A DNA stretch of 64,000 nt from the human T2T-CHM13v2.0 reference genome, Homo sapiens: the NCBI RefSeq assembly GCF_009914755.1, contig NC_060927.1. The stretch is one strand, 5' to 3'. Position 1 is the first letter of the stretch, and each line of letters starts with the position of its first letter. The position numbers were made by a program, and so were the translations under genes. The notes under the pieces are model-generated. The model was not told the origin of the DNA. It saw only the letters and a list, made by a program, of their open reading frames with translations, and ran no database searches. This document shows, one piece after another, positions 1 to 16,680 of the stretch.

Positions 1-2887
1 TAACTAGTCAACTCGAGAGTTGGGTGTATATACTGCTAAGGAAGGGTTCAACCCAGGGGGCTCTTGCTCTCCCAAGACAGGAAACATGTATCTGAAGTGT
101 GAATCTATTGCTATTATCCTCAGTTTGGCAGGCGACAGGGTTCTGAGAGTGAGAGAGTAATGGAATGTGTATGTCTCTGCTCTTGAAGATACCAGGGGCA
201 CCTCGAAAACTCCCCTCCCCAGCCCAGGGTCACCACAGCCTTAACCGACTGCCTCCTTTGCAAACCTTTACCATGGGTACCTAGAAAAAGACATACACAC
301 ACACATTTCAGCTTATGGTTTTTGTTCGTTTGTTTTTGTTTTTTGTTTGTTTGTTTGTTTTGCCAGATACTTAAGATTTAAGGGCAATCTTAAGGGAAAT
401 CTCTTCTCCCATCTTGACTGAGGCACAGAGATGTCCTGTTCCCATGCTGTTGATGCTGACAGACGTAGGACACGTTTTTTTCTCCGTGTGCCACCACACT
501 CAAGCAGAATGTATAAGATATTTTCTGTCTACCAAGGATACCTGGTGACATAATCATACCTAGCCTTTCTTTCCTCCCTCCGCCCCCTCAGCCTCTCACC
601 CTGCCCTCCCATGGGTCTTTATGTGTGCTACTCTATGTAGAGTACAACTCATACCGGATAGCCTGTTACTTATTTTGGTTCAGGAGCAGCTGCAGAGGAT
701 GAACTGGAGAGGACAGTCTACTTGCAAACACTTGTAGACTCTCCAGTGGACAGGTTACCTCTAAAGAAAGAGAAGCCTACGCTTTCCTACTCACTGAAGT
801 TTTTTACCATTTGCAAGTGGATCCAATATATGTTTGTTTTGGGTGAGGGGCTAACAAAATGCTCTGCGGTTTCTGCAGGTTTCCTTATAGGAGATCCTGT
901 TATCCTCGTGTCGATTCTTGCCCCATTAGCTTTCAGCAGTAAATAGTTGAGGGTCTCATCTGGAAAGTTCTATTATTAGTACCACATGGTCAGTACATTT
1001 TAAGATAGACATTTTAATAGGCAGAAAACTGTATACAAGGAGAGATGTGCAATGCAGAATAACTATCAAATGATATCTAGATATCTTAGATTGCTACTCT
1101 AGGCCATCCATGGTCTTACCCCATGGGTTCCTCTAACTCCCTTCATCCTCCCTTAACATTAGCTGTAGGTTTTCTCATCACTGTCTTTGCTCACGTTATT
1201 TTCTCTGCCTTGAATTCCCTCCCTCAAGCTCCCCACACCAGCACCACCAGCATGTACCCTGTTCTTTAAGACTCAACTCAAATACCTCTGCCTCAAAAAC
1301 ATATTGCCCTAATTGTCCTGGCTGAAAGTGACAGTCATCTCTGGACCCCCCCCACTCTCATCTCTGCACCTCTCTATGTCATCCTTAATCACTTTCTGAC
1401 TTGTGTTCTTACATAGTTGAATATGCCTTATCTCTACTACTTGATATTAAACTTCATAATGATAATAAGATCCTATCTTATCTTCTCCTGTCTCTTCCCT
1501 GATCAGGCCTAGGGTAGTTCCTCCCACACTGTACTGTTAAGAGAATACATAATGAAAAAGTAAATGAATAAATGGCAGAAACCTTATGTGGAATGCTGGT
1601 GCAAACAGTTCCTTTGACTGGGGGCTTTTAAAAAGAGACTGATTGTATAGGAGATCTGAGCAATTTTCATATTAATGGAATGGATTATTAGAGCTGGCAT
1701 GAACATCAAAAGAATCTAGCCACAACCACCTCTCAGGTCATCTTCATTTTCAAATGGGGAATCTAAGATTTAGATAGGACCATTCCAGATCACATAGTGA
1801 GTGATTAATAGACCTAGGACTCATACCTCATCTGACATCCAACACCACATGTTCTTTTGAAATAAGGCTGGAATAATAGTGAGACACACATATTAGACAC
1901 ATGATTGTGAGAAGACAGTTTTCCACCCCACAGCACATGACCCCATACGTTTAAGTCCCTGCCTATACAAATAGTACAGACAAAGTAACAGCAACTTTAG
2001 AGGGAAACATGACTATTTCCATCATATGGTGATTCTACAGAGCAGAATCAGAAACCTGGGTAAAGAGAAAAGTCCTACTCAGTTTCATTCTTGTTAAAAG
2101 ACTTAATGACTGGAGTTCAAACTGGCGGAGTCATTGGCAGCATTAAAGAAGTGGGGTTGAAGCTGGGCAACATTTCCACAACAGGGAGTGGAACAGAGAG
2201 ACAGAAAATATTGGGAGTCTTGTGCCCCATCAGTAGAAGGAGATGAAGGCCAGAGCCAAATGGTGGGGGCAGGGGTAGGGGGAAGATTCCTTTCTCCAGC
2301 ATGTAACAGCATTATGGGAGTGAATTCAGAGCTTCTGTGTGTTCTGAGCCAAGTGCCTGCTGGAATGTGGACTGTAAATCTCTCATCGTCCTCTTCACTG
2401 ACCCACAAGCAACCCCTGCTCCTCCCATCTGCTTCCCGACCACCTGCCTTTCAGTTTTTCTTTATATAAAAAACGTTTTCCATTCTCCTACCTTCCTCTC
2501 TGTCTACCTTTGTATGGTACATCTCATCCCTCTTCTAAATATTTCCATCTGACCACATTTTTCCCTAATGAGACAGGCTCACAATAGGATAAAGTGTAAC
2601 ATTTATTCATTTATCTGCTCAGCAAATATTATTGAGCACATACTGTGTCCTAGGCACCACTTTAGTTCTTGAGTGGTCAGCAGTAAAGAAAACAGACAAA
2701 AAAATAATACCCTGGTGGAGTTTCCATTCTAGTGGGGACACAATAAACAAAATAATTGGCAAATTATATAGAATATTGGAAGGAAGTACATGCTGGGAGA
2801 GAAATAAGCTGGGAGGGAAAAGGGAGTGCTGGGGGAGAAGGAGCTAAGAGTCTCAGTTCCAGAGTTAGGCAGCCTGAGCTGGAATTA

Positions 2888-3225
<338 letters not shown>

Positions 3226-4471
3226 AGCTGCATCCTTCCCAGTCATGTGACCTGGGCAGGTTAAGAGAACTCCCTGAGCCTCAGTTTTCTCGTCTGTTTA
3301 TCAAGAGTCATTAGGGAAACTAGTATCTCCTTGGGTTGTTGCAGGGATTCAATGAGATGACACATGTAACACAATCATTACCTCGGGCCTGTCTCCTATA
3401 AATATAGTGATTGTCACGTTTGTTATTTAAACAATATTATATATTGTGTTTTAGGTATTATGTATGTAATATATAGTGTGAATATATGTATGCGTTATGT
3501 ATATAGCATTATCTGACTTCGTGCCTCTAGTATTACATGCTTCTCAAAATATCTATAGTTTTGTCGGTATTTCTTTCTCCTACTAGATTGTGATCTTTTA
3601 TCGGCAAAGACCACCTCTCGTTTATCTCTATACCCCCCATTGTGCCCAGCACATCAGAGATTTTATGTTTGGCTGCTGAATGAGAAACAAATGGGATACT
3701 GTTCTTCTAAGCACAATCATCTTATATTAGCATTCATTTTTGGAACTCTTCTCTAATTCCTGTCATTTTTGTATCACATCAGAAGAAGAGCTATATTCCC
3801 TCCACCGCCTCTCCTCGCCTATTAATCACCATACCTTCCCACCTCTTACGGGAATACCGAACTAATGGTCCTTGTCTCAATGACCTGCCTATCCTTTGTC
3901 CCTTCATGGGAATCTTCTCACAGATCAAGTTACTATGATCTACAAGGCCAGTTCCCATAGCCTCGTTCCACTTACACACGATCTTAACCATTTCTGTCCA
4001 GTGGGAGTCACCCACTCACCTCCTAAAACCTCTATGCATGCCCCATACCCCTAGTCATAATACTCTTATACAAATGTTTAACACTTTGCAGTTGAAGACC
4101 CAATGTCATACATCTTTTCATTTGATACTTAGAGTCACTGTGTGAGGTACAAACTTCAGATATTACCAGTTGCATGTTACTAATAAGGAATCAGAAGCTC
4201 AGAGAGGGGGAATGAAAGAATCCAAGTATATGTGGCTAAAATTGGCCACGTCGACACCTGAAATCCTATTATCTGGGGCAATATACATACTGGGTTTGAA
4301 AAAGTTCACACTTAGCAGTTGAATGACCTGAGTCCTCACCCCAGCTTGGCTACTTACTCACCATGTGACCCTGAATAGTGCCTTGAAGCCTCAGGGTTTT
4401 TTTACTTCTGTAAAACAGTAACTCTTGCCCTCCCGGACACATGGGATAGTTTGAAGATTAAAAGATACATT

Positions 4472-4603
4472 GGCTGGGCATGGTGGCTCACATCTATAAT
4501 CCTAGCACTTTGAGAGACTGAGGCAGGTGGATCACTTCAGTCCAGGAGTTTCAGACCAGCGTGGACAACACAGTGAAGCCCCATCTCATTAAAAAAAAAA
4601 AAA
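4472..4603 (+). mobile_element. Free left Alu monomer (FLAM-like)
   Basis: Single monomer followed by an A tail; TSD AAAAGATACAT / AAAAGATATAT. Confidence 0.85.
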
Positions 4604-4909
4604 GATATATTAAGAAACTTTTGAAAGTATAAATCATCTAAATCATCATGTATAAATGTAAGAGATATGAAATAAGCTCTGTGAAAATATAATGGCTGAT
4701 GGCGTCCCTGTGTGAAAGATAGAAATGGACATTTTATGTAATTTCCATACACACCGAACAAAACAAAAGATCTTTAGAATTTCCAAGCATGAGTGAGGTT
4801 TTACATTGATTGTAAAGAATATAGAATGCGGAAACTCATTTTTAATTATTGAAACTTATAGGCTGAAAAAAAGAGTAAGCACTATTTAAAAAAAAAAAAA
4901 AAAGGCTCA

Positions 4910-5283
<374 letters not shown>

Positions 5284-6616
5284 CTATACACTGAGAAAAT
5301 CCAAGAGGTCTCCACATCTACCTATAAAATTCAGTGATGCTCAGAGCTGACATGTCAATTTTTCCTATTACATAGTAAGAAGCTCAGCATTATGGGCCGA
5401 GTTTATTGGACACTGCAGAAATTCATTTACATTGTGTGCTTACCCTGGATTGTTGTTGAGTCCAGCTGACTGTTGCTTCACAAATTAACTGTCCTTTGAG
5501 ACTTGGAAATATTGAAATTGCATAGAGTTTTTGTGAAATCTCAATCCTGTAGTATTGTGTATATTACAACAGGTGCTCAATAGACTTCTGGATTATTAAA
5601 TTGAGTAATATTTGTAGCAAAGATCTGTAGGCTGAATTATAAAGCTAATCTGTGGGGGGATGCCAAGATTTCTCTATCATTCTGCTATGTTTGCCATGGT
5701 CTACCAGGAGATGGCGCCTGGTAAGAGTTCCATATTTTAATGTATTCTGGTCCAAATCACTGGAGTTGGCAAAGATGGAGAAGGAGGAACTGAGCAGTTC
5801 ATCCCCAAAGACATGATGACACCACTATAAGTGTGAAGCCAGCAAGAGTGCAAAGACTGAGAGCAGCGTGGTCATACCTAGACATTTATCTGGAGAGCAA
5901 AATCAAGCACTGGGGCTCAAAGGGTTCAGTCCCAGCAGTTAGGAGAGAGAGGAGTCTCCTAGGAGTAGTTGCCCCAACAGCTGCTAGAAAGTCCTGATCC
6001 TTTTTGGTCTGAGCCAACCAGGTCTCAGCCCAGTCCCACTTGCCTCAATTTAAAGTGACATTTTTGGTCTCTAGCTGGGTGCTTCCCCCTCTGTAGCATA
6101 TAACAAGGATACACTTTCAAGGCAGGGAGCCTGGAGGACAAGGAGATAACCCTGCAGGCCTGGCCACCCAGGCTCTTTCCGGTGTTCCATGTACACTGCA
6201 TAGATTGAGTGGACACCCAGGTTAAAGAGATCTCTCAGTACTCTTGGATTTTCCTTTACCTTAATTTTGAAATTATAATATTTTAGACATAACTTGTGCA
6301 GGATCACACAGTGAGTCTATAGGAGAACTGGATGAGAACCCAAGTTTTCTGACTTTCAATCAGCTCTCTCTCCCTACATGTACCTTAACATGTATCATAA
6401 AGATGACTGTTGCCATATGGGCTAAGCCCTCCATTTTCTGAGTATGCATTACCACCTCCTTCCCTCAGAACAATTAACAGAGGATCTCATAAAGATGTGC
6501 TATATATGTGTCCCATAGATTTTAATGAGACTTCAGTAGGTGGGAAGGTGTAGTATTTATTCTGGGATATTGGAAGAGCAAGTTGGATAGGACCTTAAAT
6601 TTTCTACATAGATACT

Positions 6617-7177
6617 TGTGGAGGACAGGCTCTAGGGTGACTTCCAATGACCCCTGCCTCCTGGTGTTTACATCTCTGTGTAATACCTCTCCTTGAGTGC
6701 AGGTGAATCTGTAACTTGCTTCTAATCAATAGAAGAAGGCAAAGGTGTTGGGGTGTAACTTACCATGATTACATGTTGTGATATACGAGTCCATCTCAGC
6801 AGATAGAGAGACTCTCCTTGACAGCTTGAGGAAATAAGTGACCATATGAGAGAAGCTCATGAGGCAAGGAGCTGTGAGCAACCTTTAGGAGCTAAGGACA
6901 GCTTCCAGCAGACAGCCAACAAAAAGCTAGGATCCTGACTCACATACCCACAAGGAAATGAATTCCGCCAATAATCTGAATGTGCCTGGAAAAGATTCTT
7001 CCACAGCCAACCCTCCAGATGAGAATGCTACTCAGCTGACACTTTGATTGCAGCCTGTAAGACTCCGAGTGGAGGACCCAGCCAGAGTCATGCCTGGGCC
7101 CTCAGAAACTGTGAGATAGTAAATGTTTGTTGTTTTATGCCACTGAGATTGTTAGCCAACAATCAAAACCTAATACA
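6617..7177 (+). mobile_element. MaLR solo LTR (MLT1 family)
   Basis: Starts TGTGG and ends with the MaLR-type terminus CAGAAACTGTGAGATAGTAAATGTTTGTTGTTTT...AACCTAATACA; near-TSD ATACT/ATAAT. Confidence 0.8.
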
Positions 7178-8882
7178 ATAATACCCTTTACTGTTTTCTA
7201 GACAGCTGCTATTTAGAAAAGCCTCCCACCCAATAAAAGAGTCCCCTTTATAGTTTTCCAAGTAGGTGGTTATCAGGGTTCTGCTTCACCATCTTCAGTG
7301 GCAAGGAACTTCCATTTCACAGGGCAACCATGTGTGTATTACAGAGGCTTGCATGTTGTCAAGTTCAGCTGCGGTCTTCAGCGGGAGCCTAGGACATGCC
7401 AGGGATTTCAAGGTAGGCTGGTGAGGGGTTCCTGGTTTTCTTGGTCCTGAACCATCCCAGTGCCATTCTAACAGTTGCAAGTCTGCCTCCTTCATGACAA
7501 AAGGACTGGAGGAAAATGTATCTGGCAAGTCGATAACACTGGATCGTTTGCTCCCAGCTTTACCACTTGGCATCAGTGCAAACTTTCACCCAGTTAAATA
7601 ACTTAATGAGCCCTGCTCTGCATGCTTGCTTCACAGAGTTGTGACGATCAAGTAAGACAGCATCTATGACAGTGTTTGTTGGCTGTAAGTCAGCAAATGA
7701 TTGCAAATGATGATTATTATTAAAATAATAGTCATTTGTCAGTAAATATTTGTCAAAGCTGGTCCACACTGAGGGAGACAGGCTCTCCAGGGAAACTGCT
7801 GATGCAGAGATAAAGAGGAGACCAGCCCCAGTTTGGAATTGCATCACTGATTCTGAATTCCCCATGGTACATTTCAGGTCTTGCTTCAGGAATTTGTTTT
7901 TTGTTTTGTTTGGTAGGAACAAGAATCCCCTAGAGCCAGTTATGTTGTCATCAAACTTAGTTGCTAATTAGGCACCAAAGCAAACCTATGCCAGTGAGAC
8001 AGAGTTGAAACTTGAATTCCTTTCTGCAGGTGGAGCGTTGGATCCTAGAGGCGGTGTATACAGCTTGGCTATTTTGATGCTTCTGCATGCAAGAAGGTTT
8101 AAGAGAATCTGAGTAAAGCAATTAGCATCCCTCTGTCTGCAGGCAAAACTGGTTTGGACATGCTTCTCTCTTCTTGAAGGGCTGTTAGAGCCTTGGCAGT
8201 GTATCTGACGAAAGATTTCACTAAGCAAAATGTCTTCACTTACAAATCCAGCCACTTTGCACTCTCAGTCAGCCTCAAATTCATTTATTTTCTTTAGAGT
8301 TTCCCTACAACCACGAACCACCAAGAATTAAATTAATCCCCAAGAGCCTGAGCAATTATGAGGATGTTGAATCTATCCATTCAAGGATGTCCCAGCAAGG
8401 ACTGTTCATTCTTTTAACGTAAACTATTTATATGTTTTGATTCTCCTCATTTGGAAGAAAGAAATAAGTTTTCATATATGTATTTTTCAGGGTGTATTTT
8501 ATATATCTGTTTATATTACACTGTTCACATTACTATTAAAGCATCCCCATTTTATTGTAAGTTTATTTTGCCTGCTTCGGGAAGAACAAGACCAAGATCC
8601 CATTATTAAAACCAAAATCTTCCACAAAAGTTTCCTTTTAAAAACTTAGATTAGGAAATTTTCAGTCAGCCAGCCAACTCTATAGCCTTTGATACTTGGT
8701 CCTACAAAGTTTTCTTCCCCTTTGGTCTGAATGTTTTCCTTTGTCTGTGCACACTCTATTCTCCTGCCAGCATGATAATACATGCTGCTTTGATATCAAG
8801 TGGCGGGAACATATAGAAATGTGCTATTGGTGCTGCAATTTGTATCTTTGTTTTCATCAAACTTATTATTTACCATTTTAGG

Positions 8883-8962
8883 ATTTTTTTGTTTCTTTTT
8901 GGGTGTTTTTTTTTTTTTTTTTTTTTTTTTGGTGTGTTTTGTTTGATCTTGGTTTTGGTTTT
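8883..8962. repeat. T-rich / poly(T) low-complexity tract
   Basis: Long T run with GTTTT interruptions. Confidence 0.85.
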
Positions 8963-9759
8963 CCAATCTAGGCCTGAGGTCCAGTGCTAATTTGATGCTA
9001 GTGTGAACTCTCTGAGCCTGGTTCCTTGACGTTCCATTGGGTGACTATTGCAGTGGTTCAGATGTGGTGCTACCAGCCTTCCCCACCAAGGAAGTTGCCT
9101 GCTTTCTCATCTTTGATCCTCTTCACCAACTAACCACAACACACCAGTGAAAATTTTAATTTCTCCATTCAGTTCCTCAGTTTCCGCCAGCAGGTGGTGA
9201 GTTCCTGCGATACAGATAACCTTTTTGTCTTGTTCAGTACAACCTCAGTGCCTAGCACAAGGCCTTGCAGAAAGCTGACATTCCTTAACTCTTTATTTCT
9301 GAAATGAATTAATGTTCTTAGGTTCCATGTCTCGTGGACCAAATAATGCAATCCTAGATCTTGCCATAGCATCTGGGACACCACGTATGAGGATTTAGGT
9401 AATCAGTGAAAATCCATGTCAGCAGCTGCCAATTTACAGATGAATTATGTCCAATGGTTTGGAGATGAATGAGTTTTACAGTTCATAGAGCATGACAAAA
9501 TTCATCTTAGCCTTCCATTTTATAGATGAGCTAACTGATCTCTGAGAGAGGAACGACCTCTGAATGTCCTGGGAAGAGCTTGTGGCAGAAGTAACTTCTA
9601 CCTAGTAGTGTATTTTCCTTACTGCCTGTTCTCATTTGATAACAGATCCATATATCAATTATTTGCATCCTTCAATTAACCCACAAGAAGGCAAATTTAA
9701 TCCAGTGTTAGATAAAATAATTATTCACAGGGTCATAACACTATTAAAGAATAAGCTAT

Positions 9760-10256
<497 letters not shown>

Positions 10257-11710
10257 TTAGGACTGCCACAGAGCAGTCAGTAGTGGCAACAAGAAAGGAA
10301 CGCCCCTACGATGTGACAAGTCTCTACCTTGATATCAATGGAATTATGAATGGGCAGAGAGGCTGTGCCCGTTCTTACCTAACAGGGAAGCTGTCCATAA
10401 ATAAGGTAGCAATTCCTGAATCAAGGACAAGCCTTCTGCCCAGTCTTTATATGTAAAGAAACAGTAGTTTCATTTGAAGGGAAACCATTATAATTGTCTC
10501 AGATGTGCATCTTGTTCCAGGGTACTTCTTTGTATTTTTGATGAGGAACCAAAGGCTTTATTATAGATCTTGTGAATACCTGTCAGCCAGGATTTAGAAC
10601 AAATGCATTTGGGCAATTTTGCCTTTTATTTCAGATAAATTTTATATGTTGTTTCTGTCCAGAATTGTAGGATCATGTTTGGCTTTTCAAAACTGCAGGA
10701 AATGTTTATTTTACTTTTCTTTAAAGAAGAAGACAGTAATGAAAAATGTATCGACTGCCAGCCCACTGTTTTTATTTCTCTTTGTGTGAGCTATGGCTTC
10801 TCCACGTCTTGAGCCTTAAACTCTTTGATGTTGTCTTTTTAAGCATAACATAAAAGATTATTCCCTTTAGTCTGTAGGCTTGGAGGTGGGCAAACATGAC
10901 ATATTCCTGGGTATTCATATTTCTATAACAATAATTGATGCAGGTTTTGGGGCTGTTGTATTTGCCGTAGCCTTATATGATAAACATTTGTCATTCCATG
11001 ACGTTTCAGCTTTGTCAACTTTCCAATCCTGTATGGAGTTCCCTCTTATTGTTTCTGTGTGAACAACTTGACAAGAGTGGCATCCGTGGTCAGATTCTTC
11101 ACTCTATCCCTGCAGGACTTTTCATTGTGCTCTGCACACGATGGAGGCTCAATGCATGAATGAATGCATGGATGAATTTTTCAGTTTGATTCCGTGAGCT
11201 GCTTAATTCTATTAGATGCGCTCCCTAGGCTTTTATAAGACGTTTAATTGGTACATGTTTCTTATCACTTTTTAATACTCCATAAGTGTTTTGTGTTCTT
11301 TGCAGTAGAGTCCAAATAAATATAAATTAAAATGTTTCCAATTACAGAGGAAATATTTTCAGTATCTTCCCACAAATAACACTGGGTTTATAAGGCTTGG
11401 TTCCCGGGTTTCATGGTCATGCTTGGTTGACTAACTTTGTGTTCATGTGGCATAAGATTCTAAACTGTCAGAACTACGTGGGCTTTTAGAGCCCATCTAA
11501 ATCCTTCTCACTCACAGACGAGCAAGCTGACATATTTGCCTCATTTATTGGCAGTGAATGAATTAAAATATTGTGCCTTCATCAAGATATTGTGTGTATA
11601 TTCACAATGTTGTTTTTCATAAATATGTAGCATTACTCTGTTTTGTGACTGCTCCTAGACTGGCTGGTTCTAGGGATAAAGAAGAGCCAGAGAAGAAATC
11701 TGGGCTTCCC

Positions 11711-12122
<412 letters not shown>

Positions 12123-13201
12123 TCACCCTCATCAGCAACTGAGAAATTCAGTCTGTTCTGCCAACCTTGCTTGTATCTTTTCATATAAATCTTGAAATTG
12201 CCTCTATTTCAAGTCTGATGGTCAGTGACTAATTATTAAAGCCATTACTTGCTTTTTTTAAAGCCTGAACCTTGCTTTCCAGAATCTTTTCCACCTTTGA
12301 GATTATTTTAAATATCATCATTACTTTGAGAAAAGCAAACTTAACAAGGATGCCTTAAGAAATATAAAGGTGTCATTGCCCAGGAGGCAAGAAAGGGAGG
12401 CAGAATGGTAATGAAATGAGACAGCCCTTGCTTTGGTTTTATAAGATCTGGGTCTGAATCCTGGCAGTGTGTTCTTTCTAACTTTAGGTAATTCAGGAGC
12501 CCTAGAAACCTCATCTCTCTATCTAGTGTGGGAAAACGTGAAACAACTTTGGGCCATAGATTGCTCTATGCAAACTCAACATATGCAAACTTGTCTTATT
12601 AAAAAGCCTATCTCTAGTGGTTCCTATCCCTAGTCTTGTTTGGTTGGGTAGCTTCCAATTAATAACAGCCTCAAATTCTGGCTAATATTTGTTTAGCACT
12701 TCATGGCTTACAAAGTACTTCATTATTTTAACATTGTAGTATTGGTAATAATATCAAACTTTCTGTTATTACAATAAATGTTCCTTTTTTACTTTATTAT
12801 TCCATTACTTTATTACTGTTTTTCAGATGTACTGTGATCTACATTTTACGGATGAAAAAAAGATTCTAGGAGGATAAGGGACTTTGTCACAAAAGTTAGC
12901 TTCTAAATGATGGGGGGACTCATATGCACCTTTTGAAACTCCTAAACCCATGTTGATTCCCCAAAGGCTTTGGTGGTCCTAAACATTTGACATAATCAGA
13001 GTCTATTATAAAAAGGTATGGCTTATCCAGCTCCTGGTTCCTCACTGTCTCCTCTATCTCAAAATATTCTAGAAAAAACTTTACTCCCTGAAAATATACA
13101 GCTTTAGGATAGGTGCAGCTCCATTTCATACTCTGATTTTCATTCCTCATTTGAAAAGTTGAAGCGTAATTTCTTATAAGACTTTAGAAGTTGAAGTCAG
13201 G

Positions 13202-13612
13202 ACTGGATAAAGAAAATGTGGCACATACACGCCATGGAATACTATGCAGCCATAAAAAGGGATGAGTTCATGTCCTTTTCAGGGACATGGATGAAGCTAG
13301 AAGCCATCATCCTCAGCAAACTAACACAGGAACAGAAAACCAAACACCACATGTTCTCACTCAGAAGTGAGAGTTGAACAATGAAAACACATGGACACAG
13401 GGAGGGGAACATCACATACTGGGTGGGGCCTGTCGTGGGGGTCGGGTGCAAGGAGAAGGAGAGGATTAGGACAAATATCTAATGCATGTGGATCTTAAAA
13501 CCTAGATGACAGGTTGATGGGTGGAGCAAACCACCATGGCACATGTATACCTATGTAACAAACCTGTACATTCTGCACATGTATCTCAAAAGTAAAATTT
13601 TTTAAAATAAGA
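13202..13612 (+). mobile_element. 5'-truncated L1PA (approx. PA7/PA8) 3' end
   Basis: L1 ORF2 end and 3' UTR (CCATGGAATACTATGCAGCC...GTAACAAACCTG); perfect 16-bp TSD AGAAGTTGAAGTCAGG at 13186-13201 and 13613-13628. Confidence 0.93.
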
Positions 13613-14202
13613 AGAAGTTGAAGTCAGGGTATAGGAATCACAATTTGCAGTGCTATCTTTCACACTTCTTACCACCTGATGAAAATCACCAAATAGTATT
13701 TCTTCTTTTACCTAACATCTCTAGGAAAGAGAGAACCCTGACTGCACCTACAAGTAGGGAAAGGCATTTGAGTTACGCAAAGCTGCTTTTAACTCTGAAA
13801 CTGTCCTACAGTGTAGCATATAAACAGGGAAAACATTTTATTGGTGTTTTAATAGAATCTTATCTAAATATCTGGAATCTTACTGCAAGGGCCGATCATT
13901 ACTCTAGGTAGATTTCAAGGCCCACAGCTCCATTATGATGTCAACAAGGATAACTGATGTTTATTCTGTAGTTAGAGCCCCCAAGGCTTCAGCAAACATT
14001 TTGCTCATCACTTGTAGGACTAGCAGTAAATGTAATCATTGCAAGACTGAGCTAACACATCTGCTAACAGGGTTGTTCATTTGAGTAAACAGCAAGGTGA
14101 TAAGGCGCAGGGACGGACCATTGGATTGAGTCAGACAGGCCCGAGTACAAAAACCAGCCTCACTACTTAAATCTTACATAGCCCATTAAGAGTAAGTTGC
14201 TT

Positions 14203-14489
<287 letters not shown>

Positions 14490-15078
14490 AAGAGTAAGTT
14501 GCTCAACTTTTTAAACTTTAGTTTTATTATCCACAAATAATAAATTATAAATTGCTGCTTTACATATATGATATAAAAATGCATCAATCCAGTTAATTTG
14601 GGGTAAATGGTATTATTCCAGTCTTACCTCCTAGAATACTCAGAAGACACAACGGTGTATCACTAGAAGGAGATAGTTTTGTTTTGGTTTGGTTTGGTTT
14701 CTTCAGTCTTCTTTTTCCTATTCCTTCCTTTTCCAAGAAACCCACGATTTCTTTCTTTCTTTTTCCAGCTATTGATGAGGTCAGGGAGTAATATGTTCAG
14801 ATCTTTGTTGTATCTTTGTTCCGTTTAGAAACCAGTATCTGGGAATTCAACAGAGAATTTGGGGTCACTGGAAGCTATGTTTTACCTACATACAACTACA
14901 TCTTCCTCTTAGACCTAGAGACTAGATACTGAAAATGCAAAAGGAAGCCATATTGACACTCCCAAGGATAAGGGAAGGCATTACATCATCCTTTGTAATG
15001 GTGAATCTTGTGCATTTGTAGAGGGCTGGACTTTGGCTTCTACCATATTGTTTAGCTCTGTCAACCCCACACAAGGAC

Positions 15079-15312
15079 TTTATTTATTTATTTAGACAGA
15101 GTCTTGCTCTCTTTCCCGGGCTGGAGTGCAGTGGTGCAATCATGGATCACTGCAGCCTTAACATCCTGGGCTCAAGTGATCCTTCCACCTCAGCCTCTCA
15201 AGTAACTAGCAACACAGGTATGTGCCACCTCATCTGACTAATTTCTTTTTAATTTTATATAGATGGGATCTCATTATGTTGCCCAGCCTGGTTTTGAACT
15301 CCTGGCCACAAG
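15079..15312 (-). mobile_element. Truncated AluJ
   Basis: Antisense Alu with J-type features (CACTGCAGCCTTAACATCCTGGGCTCAAG; TATGTTGCCCAG). Confidence 0.88.
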
Positions 15313-15930
15313 CATTATTATTATCCTCATCTTACACATGAGGAAACTACCAGTGAAGTGGCTTGCCCATCATGTGAAATTACATATGCCAGTACTAGCC
15401 TGTTCTGAAATCCAGCAACATTCTTTTCCACCTCTAGCCTTGTTTCTAGCACCCTTTGGCCTCCAGAGCAAGCTGGGGTTCATTTTACATTAAAAGTAGA
15501 GCCATCTGATGTGGCGGGCATCCAAAACACTTGGGAAAATGCTACTCTGTTTAGAACTCGCTTTTCTTCCTCCCGGGTCCCAGTGCAGGAGGTACTGTGT
15601 GCTATGTGGGCCATCAGACTGTCCCTGGCCATGGCAGGAGAATTAGGAGACCACCAGGGCTGTAGTTAACTGTAGGTCCTTCATTAAGACCAGCCAATTG
15701 ATAGCGTGTGTTCATGAGTCCTTGTGAAGTCTTTTCATCAGCCACGTGGAAGACCCCTTAGAAAAACAATCTCTGTAATTTGTATTTTTGGACATAGTGC
15801 TTTAGGAAGGTGGATGTCTGAAGGTGGGCTGGGTTTGAAACATCTCTCAATGCCATGGGACAGTGTGGTACAGTGAAAAGAGCTCATCCTGACAACTTAA
15901 GACACTAAATTCTACTCCTGCCTCTTCTAG

Positions 15931-16268
<338 letters not shown>

Positions 16269-16342
16269 TGAAACAGATGACTTAAAATATTCCTTCCTCC
16301 TCTGAAGTTGTTCTTTAAACTTTTCTATGTAAGAAATTGATT

Positions 16343-16680
16343 GAGCTGTATTCCTAGGTATTTTATTCTCTTTGTAGCAATTGTGAATGAGAGTTTACTC
16401 ATGACTTGGCTCTCCTTTTGTCTATTATTGATGTATAGGAATGCTTGTGATTTTTGCATATTGATTTTGTACGCTGAGACTTTGCTGAAGTTACCCACCA
16501 GCTTAAGGAGATTTTGGGCTGAGACGATGGGGTTTTCTAAATAGACAATCGGGTCATCTGCAAACAGAGACAATTAGACTTCCTCTCTTTCTATTTGAAT
16601 ACCCTTTATTTGTTTCTCTTGCCCGATTGCACTGGCCAGAACTTCCAATACTGTGTTGAATAGGAGTGGTGAGAGAGGGC
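16343..16680 (-). mobile_element. L1PA ORF2 reverse-transcriptase fragment
   Basis: Minus-strand [27 protein letters not shown]...KSQAFLY...IKYLGIQL contains the L1 RT FADD motif. Confidence 0.92.

Noticed and set aside
7710-7735. Short AT-rich palindrome ATGATTATTATT-AA-AATAATAGTCAT
   Set aside because: Short and low complexity; expected by chance.
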